From NCBI GenBank assembly GCA_018656555.1, contig JABHZQ010000020.1, forward strand, positions 10,764-74,763: DNA of 64,000 bases, given 5' to 3'. Both the position numbers and the translations under genes were made by a program. Positions 39,228 to 48,848 of the stretch are shown here, in pieces. The notes below the pieces were generated by a model. The model was not told where the DNA came from. It saw only the letters and a list, made by a program, of their open reading frames with translations, and made no database searches. This DNA comes from an archaeon. Lineage in GTDB: Archaea > Nanobdellota > Nanobdellia > SCGC-AAA011-G17 > GW2011-AR17. Within the stretch, counting starts at the first letter, position 1. Every line of letters starts with the position of its first letter.

Positions 39228-40031
39228 TTAAGCTCTTTTCAAACCTTTCCAAGATAATTCAAACATTTGACCTAGTGCTTGTGTGAAGAAAGGTGTGTTT
39301 ACCCAAACTCCCATGTCATAGGCTTCGTGTACTTCTTGGTCATCTGAAAGCATAAAGACTAATTCTTTGTCATCAACAAGAATAAATCTAGCTTTGGAAT
39401 CTTTGTCTGCAACTCTAACTTCAATAACTTCCCTTAATTCTCTTGGAATAAATGAAAGTTCTTTTACAGGTGCTGCAATTTTAATTTTAATTCCTTTACC
39501 TTTTGCTTTTTTTATTGCTGATTTTAGAAGATCAATTTTTCTTAGAAGACCTTTCTCAGTTGTCATGATAAAAACTGAGGTGTCTGCGTTTTGGATTAAG
39601 GTTTTGATATGGTCATAAAGGTTTTTTCTGCCTTTTAGAATACCTGAAAGATCTGCAGGTTCTACCTTGTCAATACCTTGTTTGTATAATAATTCAATTT
39701 CTTGGTAAATATTTGTATTTTTTACCTTATCTAATGATTGGAGATTTTCAGTAGCTTCATTTTCGATCTTTTTTCTTACTCTTTTTAAGATCTCTTCGGG
39801 CTGTACTGCAATATACTTAATAGGCTTTCCAAGCTTCATTATGATGAATCCTTTCTTTTCAAGTGATTCTAGAACGTCATAACTTCTACTTCTTGGTACA
39901 CCAGAAATATCTGCTAATTCACCAGCTGCTGCAACGCCTCTGGATAGTAATGCTGTCCATACTTTCACCTCATAAATATTAAGATCAAACGCTGATCTAA
40001 GCTTTTTTAAAAATTCATCATTAACAATCAT
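39228..40031 (-). CDS. TrmB-family transcriptional regulator
   Basis: N-terminal wHTH YEVKVWTALLSRGVAAAGELADISGVPRSRSYDVLESLEKKGFI. Confidence 0.75.
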   Translation of the reverse strand: MIVNDEFLKKLRSAFDLNIYEVKVWTALLSRGVAAAGELADISGVPRSRSYDVLESLEKKGFIIMKLGKPIKYIAVQPEEILKRVRKKIENEATENLQSLDKVKNTNIYQEIELLYKQGIDKVEPADLSGILKGRKNLYDHIKTLIQNADTSVFIMTTEKGLLRKIDLLKSAIKKAKGKGIKIKIAAPVKELSFIPRELREVIEVRVADKDSKARFILVDDKELVFMLSDDQEVHEAYDMGVWVNTPFFTQALGQMFELSWKGLKRA

Positions 40032-40125
40032 CTTTGAGTATCTCCTTTACCTCTTTAAGTAGGTTAAGAAATTAATTGTTCATTTATAAGTCTTTCGGTT
40101 TTGTTGTTATTAATTAGTAACAACT

Positions 40126-41832
40126 TTATGCAGAATAAAACCTTTTGAAAAGGTATCTGGTGAATACAGCCCCTATAAGCACAGCTACTGCAAACCCTAT
40201 TAAAAGGTAGAAAAACATGCTGATTTCACTGAAACTAGCATTAAATAAGAGTAATTTCTTTAATATGCCCTCACCCATTACATAAGGGTTGTAGAACACT
40301 ATTTTCCTGGTTACTGCTGATAAGGTTTCTAGTGGTAGAATGGTATTTGAGAAGAATAGGAGGACTATCCCTGTTGAAAGGGCGGTTAAAGTTACTGTTT
40401 CTTTAGTATTAAACATATATCCAATAAGCATTCCTGTAAAGATAAATAATGAGCATAAGACTATTAGGACTGCTCCTGAGAGTAGATAGGCATTAACTCC
40501 TGGTGATGGAACAAAGTAGTAAAGAGTGGCTAGAGTTATTGCTACTTCAAATGTTAGGATTATAATAGTAGATAGGTAATGACCTATGATAAATAGGGAA
40601 TCATTTGTAGGTGTGATAAAGTTTCTGAAGTAGGCTAGAGACTTTTTTTCATCAATAATATTAGATGAGCTTAGTAATAATGCTACAAACATGAAGATCA
40701 TAAGTAAGATAGAAGGGATTATGTATAATAGGTAATTATTACTTGAACTTATTGGCTGGATAGAGGTTCTTACTGGTGTTACAATGTTATCTACATTTGT
40801 GATTTTTATTGAATCAATATTTGTAGCCATATTGTTTAGGTTTGTTTCAACTGATGTGATTTTTTCTTGTTGTGAGGTTAGGGTTGAAGATAATGTTGAT
40901 AAATCCGCATTTGATGTTGTTATTGAGCCACTTGCTGCATCAACTTTGGTGCTTAAAGAGGAATATGTTGAAACTATTGAATCAACTGCAGAGGATAGAT
41001 CTGAGAAAATAGAAGTACTCATGTTATAATCTCCTGCTATGTCTGCAATTTCAGTATCTACAGTTGTTGTGTCAACTGCACTATAGGTTAGATCTATTCC
41101 TGTAAGATCTGAGGCTGCTCCAGATGCACTTGAACTTGCTTCTGAGTTTAAACTATTAATATTAGTTATCACTGCTTGGCTTTGTGTGACATCTGCATTT
41201 ACTGAATCTAAAACAGTTAGTATTGAAGAAACCATATCTTCTGATAGTTCTTCTGCTGAGATATAAACTTTAGATGATATTTCTGCAGATATTAAATGGG
41301 CTATGTTCATTCTTGAGTTATCTACATAGATAGTAATGACATTGTTTGCACTATTATCTAATATCATATTCGTAGGGAAAATCACACATACTTGGAAATC
41401 ATCAAATTTTATTGCATCAATACAATCTGTTTCTGAATCCATCCTTAATACATTATATTGAGAAGTTGATAGGTTACTCACAATATCTTCACTAATTGAG
41501 GAATATGATTCTGAATATACTGCAACGTTTAAGTCATATAATGTTGAAGTGTTGAATGCTAGGGCTAATAGAAATACAATTAGTAGTGGACCTAATAATA
41601 ATAGTAGGGCTGAAATCTTTGATCTTAAAATTAATTTGAAGTTTTTGGCCATAATGTAGTAAAGTTTGGTTATGACATTAAGTCTAGGCCTTCCAACAAA
41701 CACATTAAGTTCTTGTTTTTCTTCTTTTTTTTCTTTCTCAACTTTTGGTTTTTTCTTATCTCTTTTTAAGAATTTTTTAAGAAAGCTCATTCCTCCCCCT
41801 TCTTTTTCACTGAATATCTTTTTGTTCTTCAT
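40126..41832 (-). CDS. ABC-2 type permease with large S/T-rich extracellular domain
   Basis: 568 aa; N-terminal TM, long Ser/Thr-rich loop, five or six C-terminal TMs; co-operonic with the ATPase. Confidence 0.6.
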   Translation of the reverse strand: MKNKKIFSEKEGGGMSFLKKFLKRDKKKPKVEKEKKEEKQELNVFVGRPRLNVITKLYYIMAKNFKLILRSKISALLLLLGPLLIVFLLALAFNTSTLYDLNVAVYSESYSSISEDIVSNLSTSQYNVLRMDSETDCIDAIKFDDFQVCVIFPTNMILDNSANNVITIYVDNSRMNIAHLISAEISSKVYISAEELSEDMVSSILTVLDSVNADVTQSQAVITNINSLNSEASSSASGAASDLTGIDLTYSAVDTTTVDTEIADIAGDYNMSTSIFSDLSSAVDSIVSTYSSLSTKVDAASGSITTSNADLSTLSSTLTSQQEKITSVETNLNNMATNIDSIKITNVDNIVTPVRTSIQPISSSNNYLLYIIPSILLMIFMFVALLLSSSNIIDEKKSLAYFRNFITPTNDSLFIIGHYLSTIIILTFEVAITLATLYYFVPSPGVNAYLLSGAVLIVLCSLFIFTGMLIGYMFNTKETVTLTALSTGIVLLFFSNTILPLETLSAVTRKIVFYNPYVMGEGILKKLLLFNASFSEISMFFYLLIGFAVAVLIGAVFTRYLFKRFYSA

Positions 41833-42767
41833 TTTGTTGTCAGAGATTCAAATACTTCTTCTATCTTTGGTTTATTTACTTCAATGTTTATCAATTTTTG
41901 ATTTTGTGATTTTATTAATTTGATTAATTTAAACAGAGTTTCTTCTGCATCTGGAGTGTATAGGTAGACATAGTGTCTTTTTTCGAATATTTTATCTACT
42001 CCCATATCTCTTAATCCTGGAATAAGAGCTCTATAATCTGGAGCATCTGTTTCAAATTTAATTACTTCACTTTTACTGTATTTTTCCTTTAGGTGTTCAG
42101 GGGTGTCAAGTGCTATTACCTTTCCCTTGTGGATAATTGCTAATTGATCACAGATATCCTCTGCTTCTCCCATTAAGTGTGAAGTAAGGATTACTTTTGT
42201 TCCTTCATCATCTATTTTTTTAATTAGGGCAAGTATTTTTTTCCTTAGAATAGGATCAAGATTTCCTGTTGGCTCGTCAAATACTATGATTTTTGGTTTA
42301 TGAATTAGAGCACAGGCAATATCTAGTCTTCTGTACATTCCGGTTGATAGTTCGGATGCAACTACATCTTCTTTATCAGATAGGTCTACAAATTTTAGTA
42401 GTTCTTCAATTCTTAACTTGATGTCTTTATTTCTCATGTTGTACATCTTTCCAAAGTAGGTTAGATTTTCAGCTACTGTTAATTTAGGATAGACAGAACC
42501 AGCTTGAGTTCCAAAACCAAAGAATTGATTGAATATTCCTTTGTGTGAGGATATTTCTACACCATTGTAAAGAATTTTTCCTGAGTTAGGTTTCCAGTAA
42601 TTTACAAGTAGATTTAGAAGGGTTGTTTTTCCAGAACCACTTAAACCCATTATTCCAAAGATTCCATCTCTTTCAATAACTAAGTCTAAATTGTTTAGTA
42701 CAATATTAGAACCAAACTTTTTGGTTACACCTTGAAATGTAATGAATCCCTCTTTTTTACTGTCCAT
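41829..42767 (-). CDS. ABC transporter ATP-binding protein
   Basis: GLSGSGKTT; LSTGMYRRLDIACAL; IVFDEPTGNLD. Confidence 0.85.
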   Translation of the reverse strand: MDSKKEGFITFQGVTKKFGSNIVLNNLDLVIERDGIFGIMGLSGSGKTTLLNLLVNYWKPNSGKILYNGVEISSHKGIFNQFFGFGTQAGSVYPKLTVAENLTYFGKMYNMRNKDIKLRIEELLKFVDLSDKEDVVASELSTGMYRRLDIACALIHKPKIIVFDEPTGNLDPILRKKILALIKKIDDEGTKVILTSHLMGEAEDICDQLAIIHKGKVIALDTPEHLKEKYSKSEVIKFETDAPDYRALIPGLRDMGVDKIFEKRHYVYLYTPDAEETLFKLIKLIKSQNQKLINIEVNKPKIEEVFESLTTK

Positions 42768-42846
42768 TGATAAATTTCAAGATTATTTAATTAATAAATG
42801 TTTTGTTTTAAAAAGTTATATAAATAGAACTATATTCAATAACCTT

Positions 42847-43656
42847 ATGAAACATACTTTAAAAGTTACCTTAATTATTCTTGGTATTTTTTTATTAGCT
42901 CAAATGGTTGGTTTGTATGTTACTGATCATTTTTCACCTCAAGAGGAATTGCCTTTGAATATAGAAAGACCAGAGGTTAGTGAGACTGGTTCTTTTTTCA
43001 CTTTGTTTATATTTATTTTACTAGCTACTGCTCTTGCTTTGCTTTTAATTAAGTTTGCACTTTTTAAGATTTGGAAGTTTTGGTTTCTTTTGAGTGTGTT
43101 TTTTACTTTGACTGTAACTTGGAGTGCATTTATGTGGGAATGGTTGGCTATTGTTTTAGCTATTATATTTGCTCTTTTGAAAATCTTTAAGCCTAATCCC
43201 TGGATACATAATTTTACAGAGGTTTTTATTTATGGTGCTTTAGCAGCTATTTTTGTTCCTATGTTAAATCTTCTTTCAGTTTCTCTTCTTTTGATTTTAA
43301 TCTCAGTTTATGATTATATTGCAGTTAGGAGAACTAAGCATATGATTAAGTTAGCTAAATCCCAAAGTAAGGCCAATATATTTGCAGGTATACTAATACC
43401 TTATGGGAAGAAAAAAGTGGCTATGTTAGGTGGAGGAGATATCGGATTTCCATTATTATTTGGTGGGGTTGTGATGAAAACTTTTGGTTTTGGTTTATTG
43501 GATCCTAGAACTTATATTGTGCCTTTATTTGCAGCTTTGGCTTTATTTTATTTGTTCTATACTGCTGATAAGAAAAAATTCTATCCTGCAATGCCTTATG
43601 TGGCTGCAGGGTGTTTTATTGCATTAGCTTTAGTTTATTTAATTCAATTCTTTTGA
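42847..43656 (+). CDS. presenilin/signal-peptide-peptidase homolog (A22 family)
   Basis: YD motif ISVYDYIAV, GxGD motif LGGGDIGFP, PAL-like PLFAALAL. Start placed at ATG 42847 rather than 42742 to avoid overlap with the divergent gene. Confidence 0.6.
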   Translation: MKHTLKVTLIILGIFLLAQMVGLYVTDHFSPQEELPLNIERPEVSETGSFFTLFIFILLATALALLLIKFALFKIWKFWFLLSVFFTLTVTWSAFMWEWLAIVLAIIFALLKIFKPNPWIHNFTEVFIYGALAAIFVPMLNLLSVSLLLILISVYDYIAVRRTKHMIKLAKSQSKANIFAGILIPYGKKKVAMLGGGDIGFPLLFGGVVMKTFGFGLLDPRTYIVPLFAALALFYLFYTADKKKFYPAMPYVAAGCFIALALVYLIQFF

Positions 43657-43755
43657 AAATCGTCAGATTCGCAAAAGCACTTCATTGATGTAGGTACTCT
43701 TGAGCCTTTGAATTCATAGGCAATACCACAGTTTTTACAAGTTACTTTTCCCATT

Positions 43756-44211
43756 TTAGTATAACACTCCTATTAATTTGTATTTTATTTGTTCTAATCT
43801 TATTTTTCCTGGATCTTCACTAGAATTATTATCTCCTTTTAGAGTGTAATAAGTTCCCTCTTCGTCTTCAGAAATATCTACGATTCTGTGTGAGACTAGG
43901 GTTTCATTCCAAGAGGTTTCGTAGGATACAATATCTCCTATTTCAAGAGTTGTATCATCAGTTACTGGAATTTCAATTCCATTGGCTTCAATGTCCATGA
44001 TTGGGTCCATTGAGTTTGTATCATTATAGGCAACTAGAATAGCATCTTCAACATTGATTATAACTTGACCATTTTGTATGTAAATTTGATCTGCGTTTAA
44101 AGTGTCAGATGGTGAGAATTGCTCATTTGGTTCTTTTTGAGCTACTACTATAGTTAGAAATATGATTAAGATGACTGTTACAAAAATTAGTATGTTTGTA
44201 AATAACCTCAT
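43756..44211 (-). CDS. signal peptidase I (Sec11/S26B type)
   Basis: NSMDPIM (SMxP), GDIVSY, SHRIVDI, KGDNN. Confidence 0.7.
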   Translation of the reverse strand: MRLFTNILIFVTVILIIFLTIVVAQKEPNEQFSPSDTLNADQIYIQNGQVIINVEDAILVAYNDTNSMDPIMDIEANGIEIPVTDDTTLEIGDIVSYETSWNETLVSHRIVDISEDEEGTYYTLKGDNNSSEDPGKIRLEQIKYKLIGVLY

Positions 44212-44306
44212 TTTCTCTATATTTTAAGTGGGTTTTTATGTATATAAACCTTTCGTTTTTGTTATTACTCTAGGATGGTGTCATAAGCAAACAAAGCTTT
44301 AAAAAG

Positions 44307-45605
44307 GTGTTTTTCCTGGATATTAGGATGGGGTTGCTGTCTAGAAATAAAGATGTTTTTGATGAATTTGATAAGCAGGAAAAAGAACTTATTAAGATTT
44401 ATAGGGATCTTCCAGGGGATTGGCTTTTACATGGAGATGTTGTTCAGTTAATTGAAAAGATTGAGAATTCTATTGAAAAAAATGAAAAGAAACTAAAAGA
44501 GTCTGAGTTTGGAAGGTTGGAGATAAAGGTTAATAAGAGAGTTAAGGAAGTGATTAAAAGAATTGAGAGGCATTTATTTTTATTAAAACAACATTTAGTG
44601 AAGGTTAAATCTGGTAAGGTTAAAAAGAATTTAACTCCTGCAATCAAGCAATCTATGCAAGTTTTAGCTGAATCTTTGCATAAGTTAGTGTTTTATGCTA
44701 ATCTATATCCAATTCATAATATTCAGAGAAGGAAATTTTGGAGAGGTATTTTGAAGGGTTTGAATGATGGAATTTTTTTACCTCCAGATATTTCTTATGA
44801 GAAAGCTAGTGAATTAGTAAATAATTTTGTAAATGAAAAATTAGTTGTTGTTGTTCAATATAATAGTAATGAAAGGCCTTATTTGATGATTACATTAGAT
44901 GGTAAAAAACCTGTTTTCCATATTATAAAATCAGGAGATCCAGGTACTGGTTTAATTATTTCTAAGTTGATGAGATTATTAGGAATGAAACATATGATTA
45001 TTGATTATAAAAGAAAGTTTATTGATGATAAGGTCGAACATTTGAATAAAATTAATTTTTTTGAGGGAATGAAGTTTATTGATATTGGTAGGGTTAGGGA
45101 TGTTGATGGGGTAATGAGTTTGGCTTATTATTTGGGTGCTGCTTGTGCTGATGGGTTTGTTATGAATTTAGATGATAGGCCAGGGAATATATATATTGAT
45201 TATGCTTATTTTGGAAAGATTAAAAAAAGAAAGATAAGAGAGAGATATTTGAGTAGTTCTAATCCAATTTTTCATATTGATTATGATTTTGTTGATATTC
45301 AAGATATGCGTTTATATTTAGAGAGTCAGATTTTTGGGGTTTATGGTATTTTTGTACATTTTATTGTAGGTAATGTAGATATGAGAAATTCAAGATTAAG
45401 GATACCTTTTATTTTGGGTTTTTTTAATTTAGGATTTAAACAGGAAATGCAGAGAATTATGGATTATTATAATTCTAATAAGCAACAAGTAGATTCTTTG
45501 TTAGTTAATAATAATCTGGAATATATTAAGAAGCGATTAGATCCCCAAGTTTTTGATTTGTTATTAGCTGTTGAATCAGAATTTATTCCTAAAATTAAGT
45601 TATAA
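44307..45605 (+). CDS. hypothetical protein, possible atypical kinase-like fold
   Basis: 432 aa; LDDRPGNIYIDY resembles the D..PGN catalytic loop of the APH/protein-kinase-like fold. Weak. Confidence 0.35.
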   Translation: MFFLDIRMGLLSRNKDVFDEFDKQEKELIKIYRDLPGDWLLHGDVVQLIEKIENSIEKNEKKLKESEFGRLEIKVNKRVKEVIKRIERHLFLLKQHLVKVKSGKVKKNLTPAIKQSMQVLAESLHKLVFYANLYPIHNIQRRKFWRGILKGLNDGIFLPPDISYEKASELVNNFVNEKLVVVVQYNSNERPYLMITLDGKKPVFHIIKSGDPGTGLIISKLMRLLGMKHMIIDYKRKFIDDKVEHLNKINFFEGMKFIDIGRVRDVDGVMSLAYYLGAACADGFVMNLDDRPGNIYIDYAYFGKIKKRKIRERYLSSSNPIFHIDYDFVDIQDMRLYLESQIFGVYGIFVHFIVGNVDMRNSRLRIPFILGFFNLGFKQEMQRIMDYYNSNKQQVDSLLVNNNLEYIKKRLDPQVFDLLLAVESEFIPKIKL

Positions 45606-46289
45606 GAATGCAAAAATTAGATTGTATTCATTTGGATTTAGTGTTGGAGAAATAGTACTGTAACCTGGTTTGTCAAATCCTAATCTTCCTGGAATTGCAG
45701 AAGGTACATTAACAAGATATCTATTTTCGGATGTGTCAAGAACAAAATGACTAAAAGGCATTCTTATTTCTTTAAAGGATAGTTCACCAGATTTGATATT
45801 ATAGATAGCAAGTCTGGGTAGATGCATATGACCCCCAATTAAAACTTGGTATTCTGTTTGGCTTGCAAGTAAAGGGCGAATATCAGTTTCATTTAAGAAG
45901 AAAGCATTTTCATCATCTGGAGTTCCATGGAAAAGTAAGAAACCATCTCTTGAAAATGATTGAACAAACTGTTCAAGGACTGCCATACCATCTCCTCTTA
46001 TCTCTTCCCTATTTACTCTTGTATCTATAACTGCTCCTTCAGCAAATTGATCTTCATCATTTCTGCCAAGAGTTAGAGTATCATGGTTTCCAGCAATACA
46101 AACATCATAACCTTCTAATCGGGCTAGAGTATCATTAGGATTGTCTCCTCCCATTGCATCTCCTAGAAAACATCTATATCTAATGCTTTTTGCATGTCTT
46201 TCAATAGCTTCTAGGATTCGTGCATCTGCATGGTTGTCTGATACTAATAAAAAAGGATGTGATTCTAGTGCAATATTTGGCTCATTCAT
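45600..46289 (-). CDS. metallophosphoesterase (calcineurin-like)
   Basis: FLGDAMGGD, AGNHD, GGHMH. Confidence 0.75.
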   Translation of the reverse strand: MNEPNIALESHPFLLVSDNHADARILEAIERHAKSIRYRCFLGDAMGGDNPNDTLARLEGYDVCIAGNHDTLTLGRNDEDQFAEGAVIDTRVNREEIRGDGMAVLEQFVQSFSRDGFLLFHGTPDDENAFFLNETDIRPLLASQTEYQVLIGGHMHLPRLAIYNIKSGELSFKEIRMPFSHFVLDTSENRYLVNVPSAIPGRLGFDKPGYSTISPTLNPNEYNLIFAFL

Positions 46290-46394
46290 TTTCTTGAAAT
46301 ATAAGGTAGATTTAAGGTTTATAAGTCTTTTGTTTTGTTGTTACTTCAAAATGGTTGCATAATCTTTTTATAGGGGTGGTTATTTCTCCAGCTG

Positions 46395-47147
46395 ATGAGT
46401 GATACTAAAGTACAAGATCCTCTTCCTGGAGAGGTAGATGAGCTTTCTGCTGCTGTTGCAAGATATGCAGAAGATCCAGATGGTTATGAAGGCGAAGAAG
46501 TACATTATAATAGTGTTTTAATTGGTGTTGAAATAGATGTAGGTGGATTTAAGAGAATGCAATACCCTGCTTCTAGATCTGAATTAATGGATTTAGTTGG
46601 TGCAATGCCGCTTGTGGAGAGGGCTAATTTAGATCATTATGCTCCGACTTTGATGGCAGCATTAGAATATGTTTTAATGGATGATGAATTAGATCAAGAA
46701 GATAGTGGTTTAGCTGTTTATAGTGAGATTATTAGTGATGAAGAATTAATGGATTTTGTTCAAGGAAGTGTTGCTCAAAATTATCTTGATTTAAGAAGAA
46801 TGTATCCAGTTCTTACTGATTTAGCTGAACAGAGAGGTTTCTTTGATGATTATTGTCTTCATTTTGAAGGTAATGGTTGTGAGTCAATGGATCCTGATGA
46901 AGAAGTAGATGATAGGTATGAATTAGATTTAGCTAATCCTTTTACTGTTACAAATGTGGATCTTATTGATTTTATTACTAGAACTGGGATACAAGATTTG
47001 AAAGAGTTTGCAGATGTATATCCAGATGTTTATGGTTTAGCTCAGACTAGGCATGTTGTAAGGAGAGAAAATTTAGAAAAGGTTCCTTTGGCAAATGCAG
47101 TGTTTGAGGAGATGACAGAGCAAAATGCAGATTTTGCTACAGAGTAA
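46395..47147 (+). CDS. acidic hypothetical protein
   Basis: 250 aa, D/E-rich. Confidence 0.4.
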   Translation: MSDTKVQDPLPGEVDELSAAVARYAEDPDGYEGEEVHYNSVLIGVEIDVGGFKRMQYPASRSELMDLVGAMPLVERANLDHYAPTLMAALEYVLMDDELDQEDSGLAVYSEIISDEELMDFVQGSVAQNYLDLRRMYPVLTDLAEQRGFFDDYCLHFEGNGCESMDPDEEVDDRYELDLANPFTVTNVDLIDFITRTGIQDLKEFADVYPDVYGLAQTRHVVRRENLEKVPLANAVFEEMTEQNADFATE

Positions 47148-47823
47148 AATAAACTCTTCTATTATTTTTACCTTTATTTTCTACTTTTAGAAGTTTCATT
47201 TCACCTACTTCAGAAGTATTTTTAACATGAGTACCACCACATGCTTCTTTTGCAAAACCTTCTATTTCAATAATTCTAATTTCTTTTATTGATTCAGGTA
47301 GACCTTTTGCAAGCATTGAGAATCTTTCTCCTAGGATGTTAGTTGCTTCTTCTTTTGAAACTATCATAGAACTTACATTTCTTCCTTCTTTCATTACTTG
47401 GTTTGCTTTGTTTATATATTCTTCAAATTTTTCTTTGTTAAACTCTTCTAATGAGAAGTCAATTCTTATTTTGTTTAATTCTAATTGATTTCCAGTAATT
47501 AAAGCACCAGTTTCTTTGTGAATAACATTGCTTACTATGTGTGCTGCTGTGTGGGATCGCATTAATTTGTATCTTCTATCCCAATCTATAGTACCTTTTA
47601 CTTTGTTTCCAACCTTTAATCCTTCTTTATCCACTTCATGGGAAATTTGATTGTTGAACTTTCCAACAAAAACAACATTATAATCATTTAATTTTCCTGT
47701 GTCATTAGGTTGTCCACCAGATTTAGGGTAGAATAGTGTTTCTTTTAGAACTATGAATTTATCTTTAACTTCTATAATTTCAGATTCAAATTCTTTTTTG
47801 TAACAATCTTCTAAGTATTTCAT
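47137..47823 (-). CDS. alaX: AlaX-type aminoacyl-tRNA editing protein (tRNA_SAD)
   Basis: HTAAHIVSNVI and CGGTHV zinc-binding motifs. Confidence 0.75.
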   Translation of the reverse strand: MKYLEDCYKKEFESEIIEVKDKFIVLKETLFYPKSGGQPNDTGKLNDYNVVFVGKFNNQISHEVDKEGLKVGNKVKGTIDWDRRYKLMRSHTAAHIVSNVIHKETGALITGNQLELNKIRIDFSLEEFNKEKFEEYINKANQVMKEGRNVSSMIVSKEEATNILGERFSMLAKGLPESIKEIRIIEIEGFAKEACGGTHVKNTSEVGEMKLLKVENKGKNNRRVYFTL

Positions 47824-48848
47824 TTCATGTATTTTTTTATTCTTTCTATATATCTTGGAAAATCTTTTTTAGAAATGTTTGATCCACAAGCATGCTCATG
47901 TCCACCACCATATCCATCTAGACCTACAATAGCCTTTTCAACTGCTGATCTTATATCTTTATTTTGTGATCTAAGGCTTAGCATAACTCTAGTTTCTTTT
48001 ACTCGTCCTACAATAATTGTTTTATTAGGATATTTATAGGTTAATTCTTCTGATAACATTCCAGTAAATGAATCTTTTTGTGATGGATAGGTATAGACGA
48101 TGAAATCATCATCTGTGTTTATTTTTTCTTCTGCTTTTTCTAAGATTTGTTCATATCTTTTGTTTATTTTTTCATAATAACTATAGATAAATTTTGCTTC
48201 CTTAGTTGTTTGGTTTAATAGTTCTTCTGGTGAGTTTATTCTTGTAAGGACTCTAATACATCTCATTGAGTCTGAACCTTTTAGTATGAATGAGAATATT
48301 TTTACAAGTTTTCCAAATTCTGTTTTGAATCTTGCTTCTCCAGGGTCTTTTACTTTTGGGAGAAGTTTAGGATAGGCTTTTTTGAAATCATCATCAGTCT
48401 TTTCAGGTAGGAACCAATCTCCAACTATTCCAGTCATTGCAATCCATTTGTTTTCTTCTACTGCTTTGTAACACCAGTAGCAAGTTGGCCTGTTGTCTTT
48501 TTCATCATAGAGTAATGGATTAAAATAATGTACACCCTTTAGATCTTTATTTGGGGGATGGTGGTCTATGTAAATAATTGGAACATTAACTTTATCTATG
48601 AATTCTTGAGATAGAGATGGTTTATCAACAACAAATATTTTATCTGGATGGTATTCTTCTACTTTTCTTAAGTATTCTTCTCCAAGCCGAGGGTTTCCCT
48701 TTACTAGAACTCCATGTCCTTTTTGGATATGTTTCCAAAGTAATAAGAATGAGGATAGACCATCTGGATCATCATCAAAAAAGAATAATGGGTTTTCTGA
48801 TTTTTCTAAATAATCCTTTACTTTTTTAAGTTCTTCCTTGGGTATCAT
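47820..48848 (-). CDS. DHH-family phosphoesterase (RecJ/NrnA-like)
   Basis: IYIDHHPPN (DHH) and LDGYGGGHEHACG (DHHA1 GGGH). Confidence 0.75.
   Translation of the reverse strand: MIPKEELKKVKDYLEKSENPLFFFDDDPDGLSSFLLLWKHIQKGHGVLVKGNPRLGEEYLRKVEEYHPDKIFVVDKPSLSQEFIDKVNVPIIYIDHHPPNKDLKGVHYFNPLLYDEKDNRPTCYWCYKAVEENKWIAMTGIVGDWFLPEKTDDDFKKAYPKLLPKVKDPGEARFKTEFGKLVKIFSFILKGSDSMRCIRVLTRINSPEELLNQTTKEAKFIYSYYEKINKRYEQILEKAEEKINTDDDFIVYTYPSQKDSFTGMLSEELTYKYPNKTIIVGRVKETRVMLSLRSQNKDIRSAVEKAIVGLDGYGGGHEHACGSNISKKDFPRYIERIKKYMK

Noticed and set aside
42742-42846. The ORF-track start (42742) of the presenilin-like gene
   Set aside because: It would overlap the 5' end of the divergently transcribed ABC ATPase gene by 26 nt. 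The internal ATG at 42847 begins the first TM segment and is the more plausible start.
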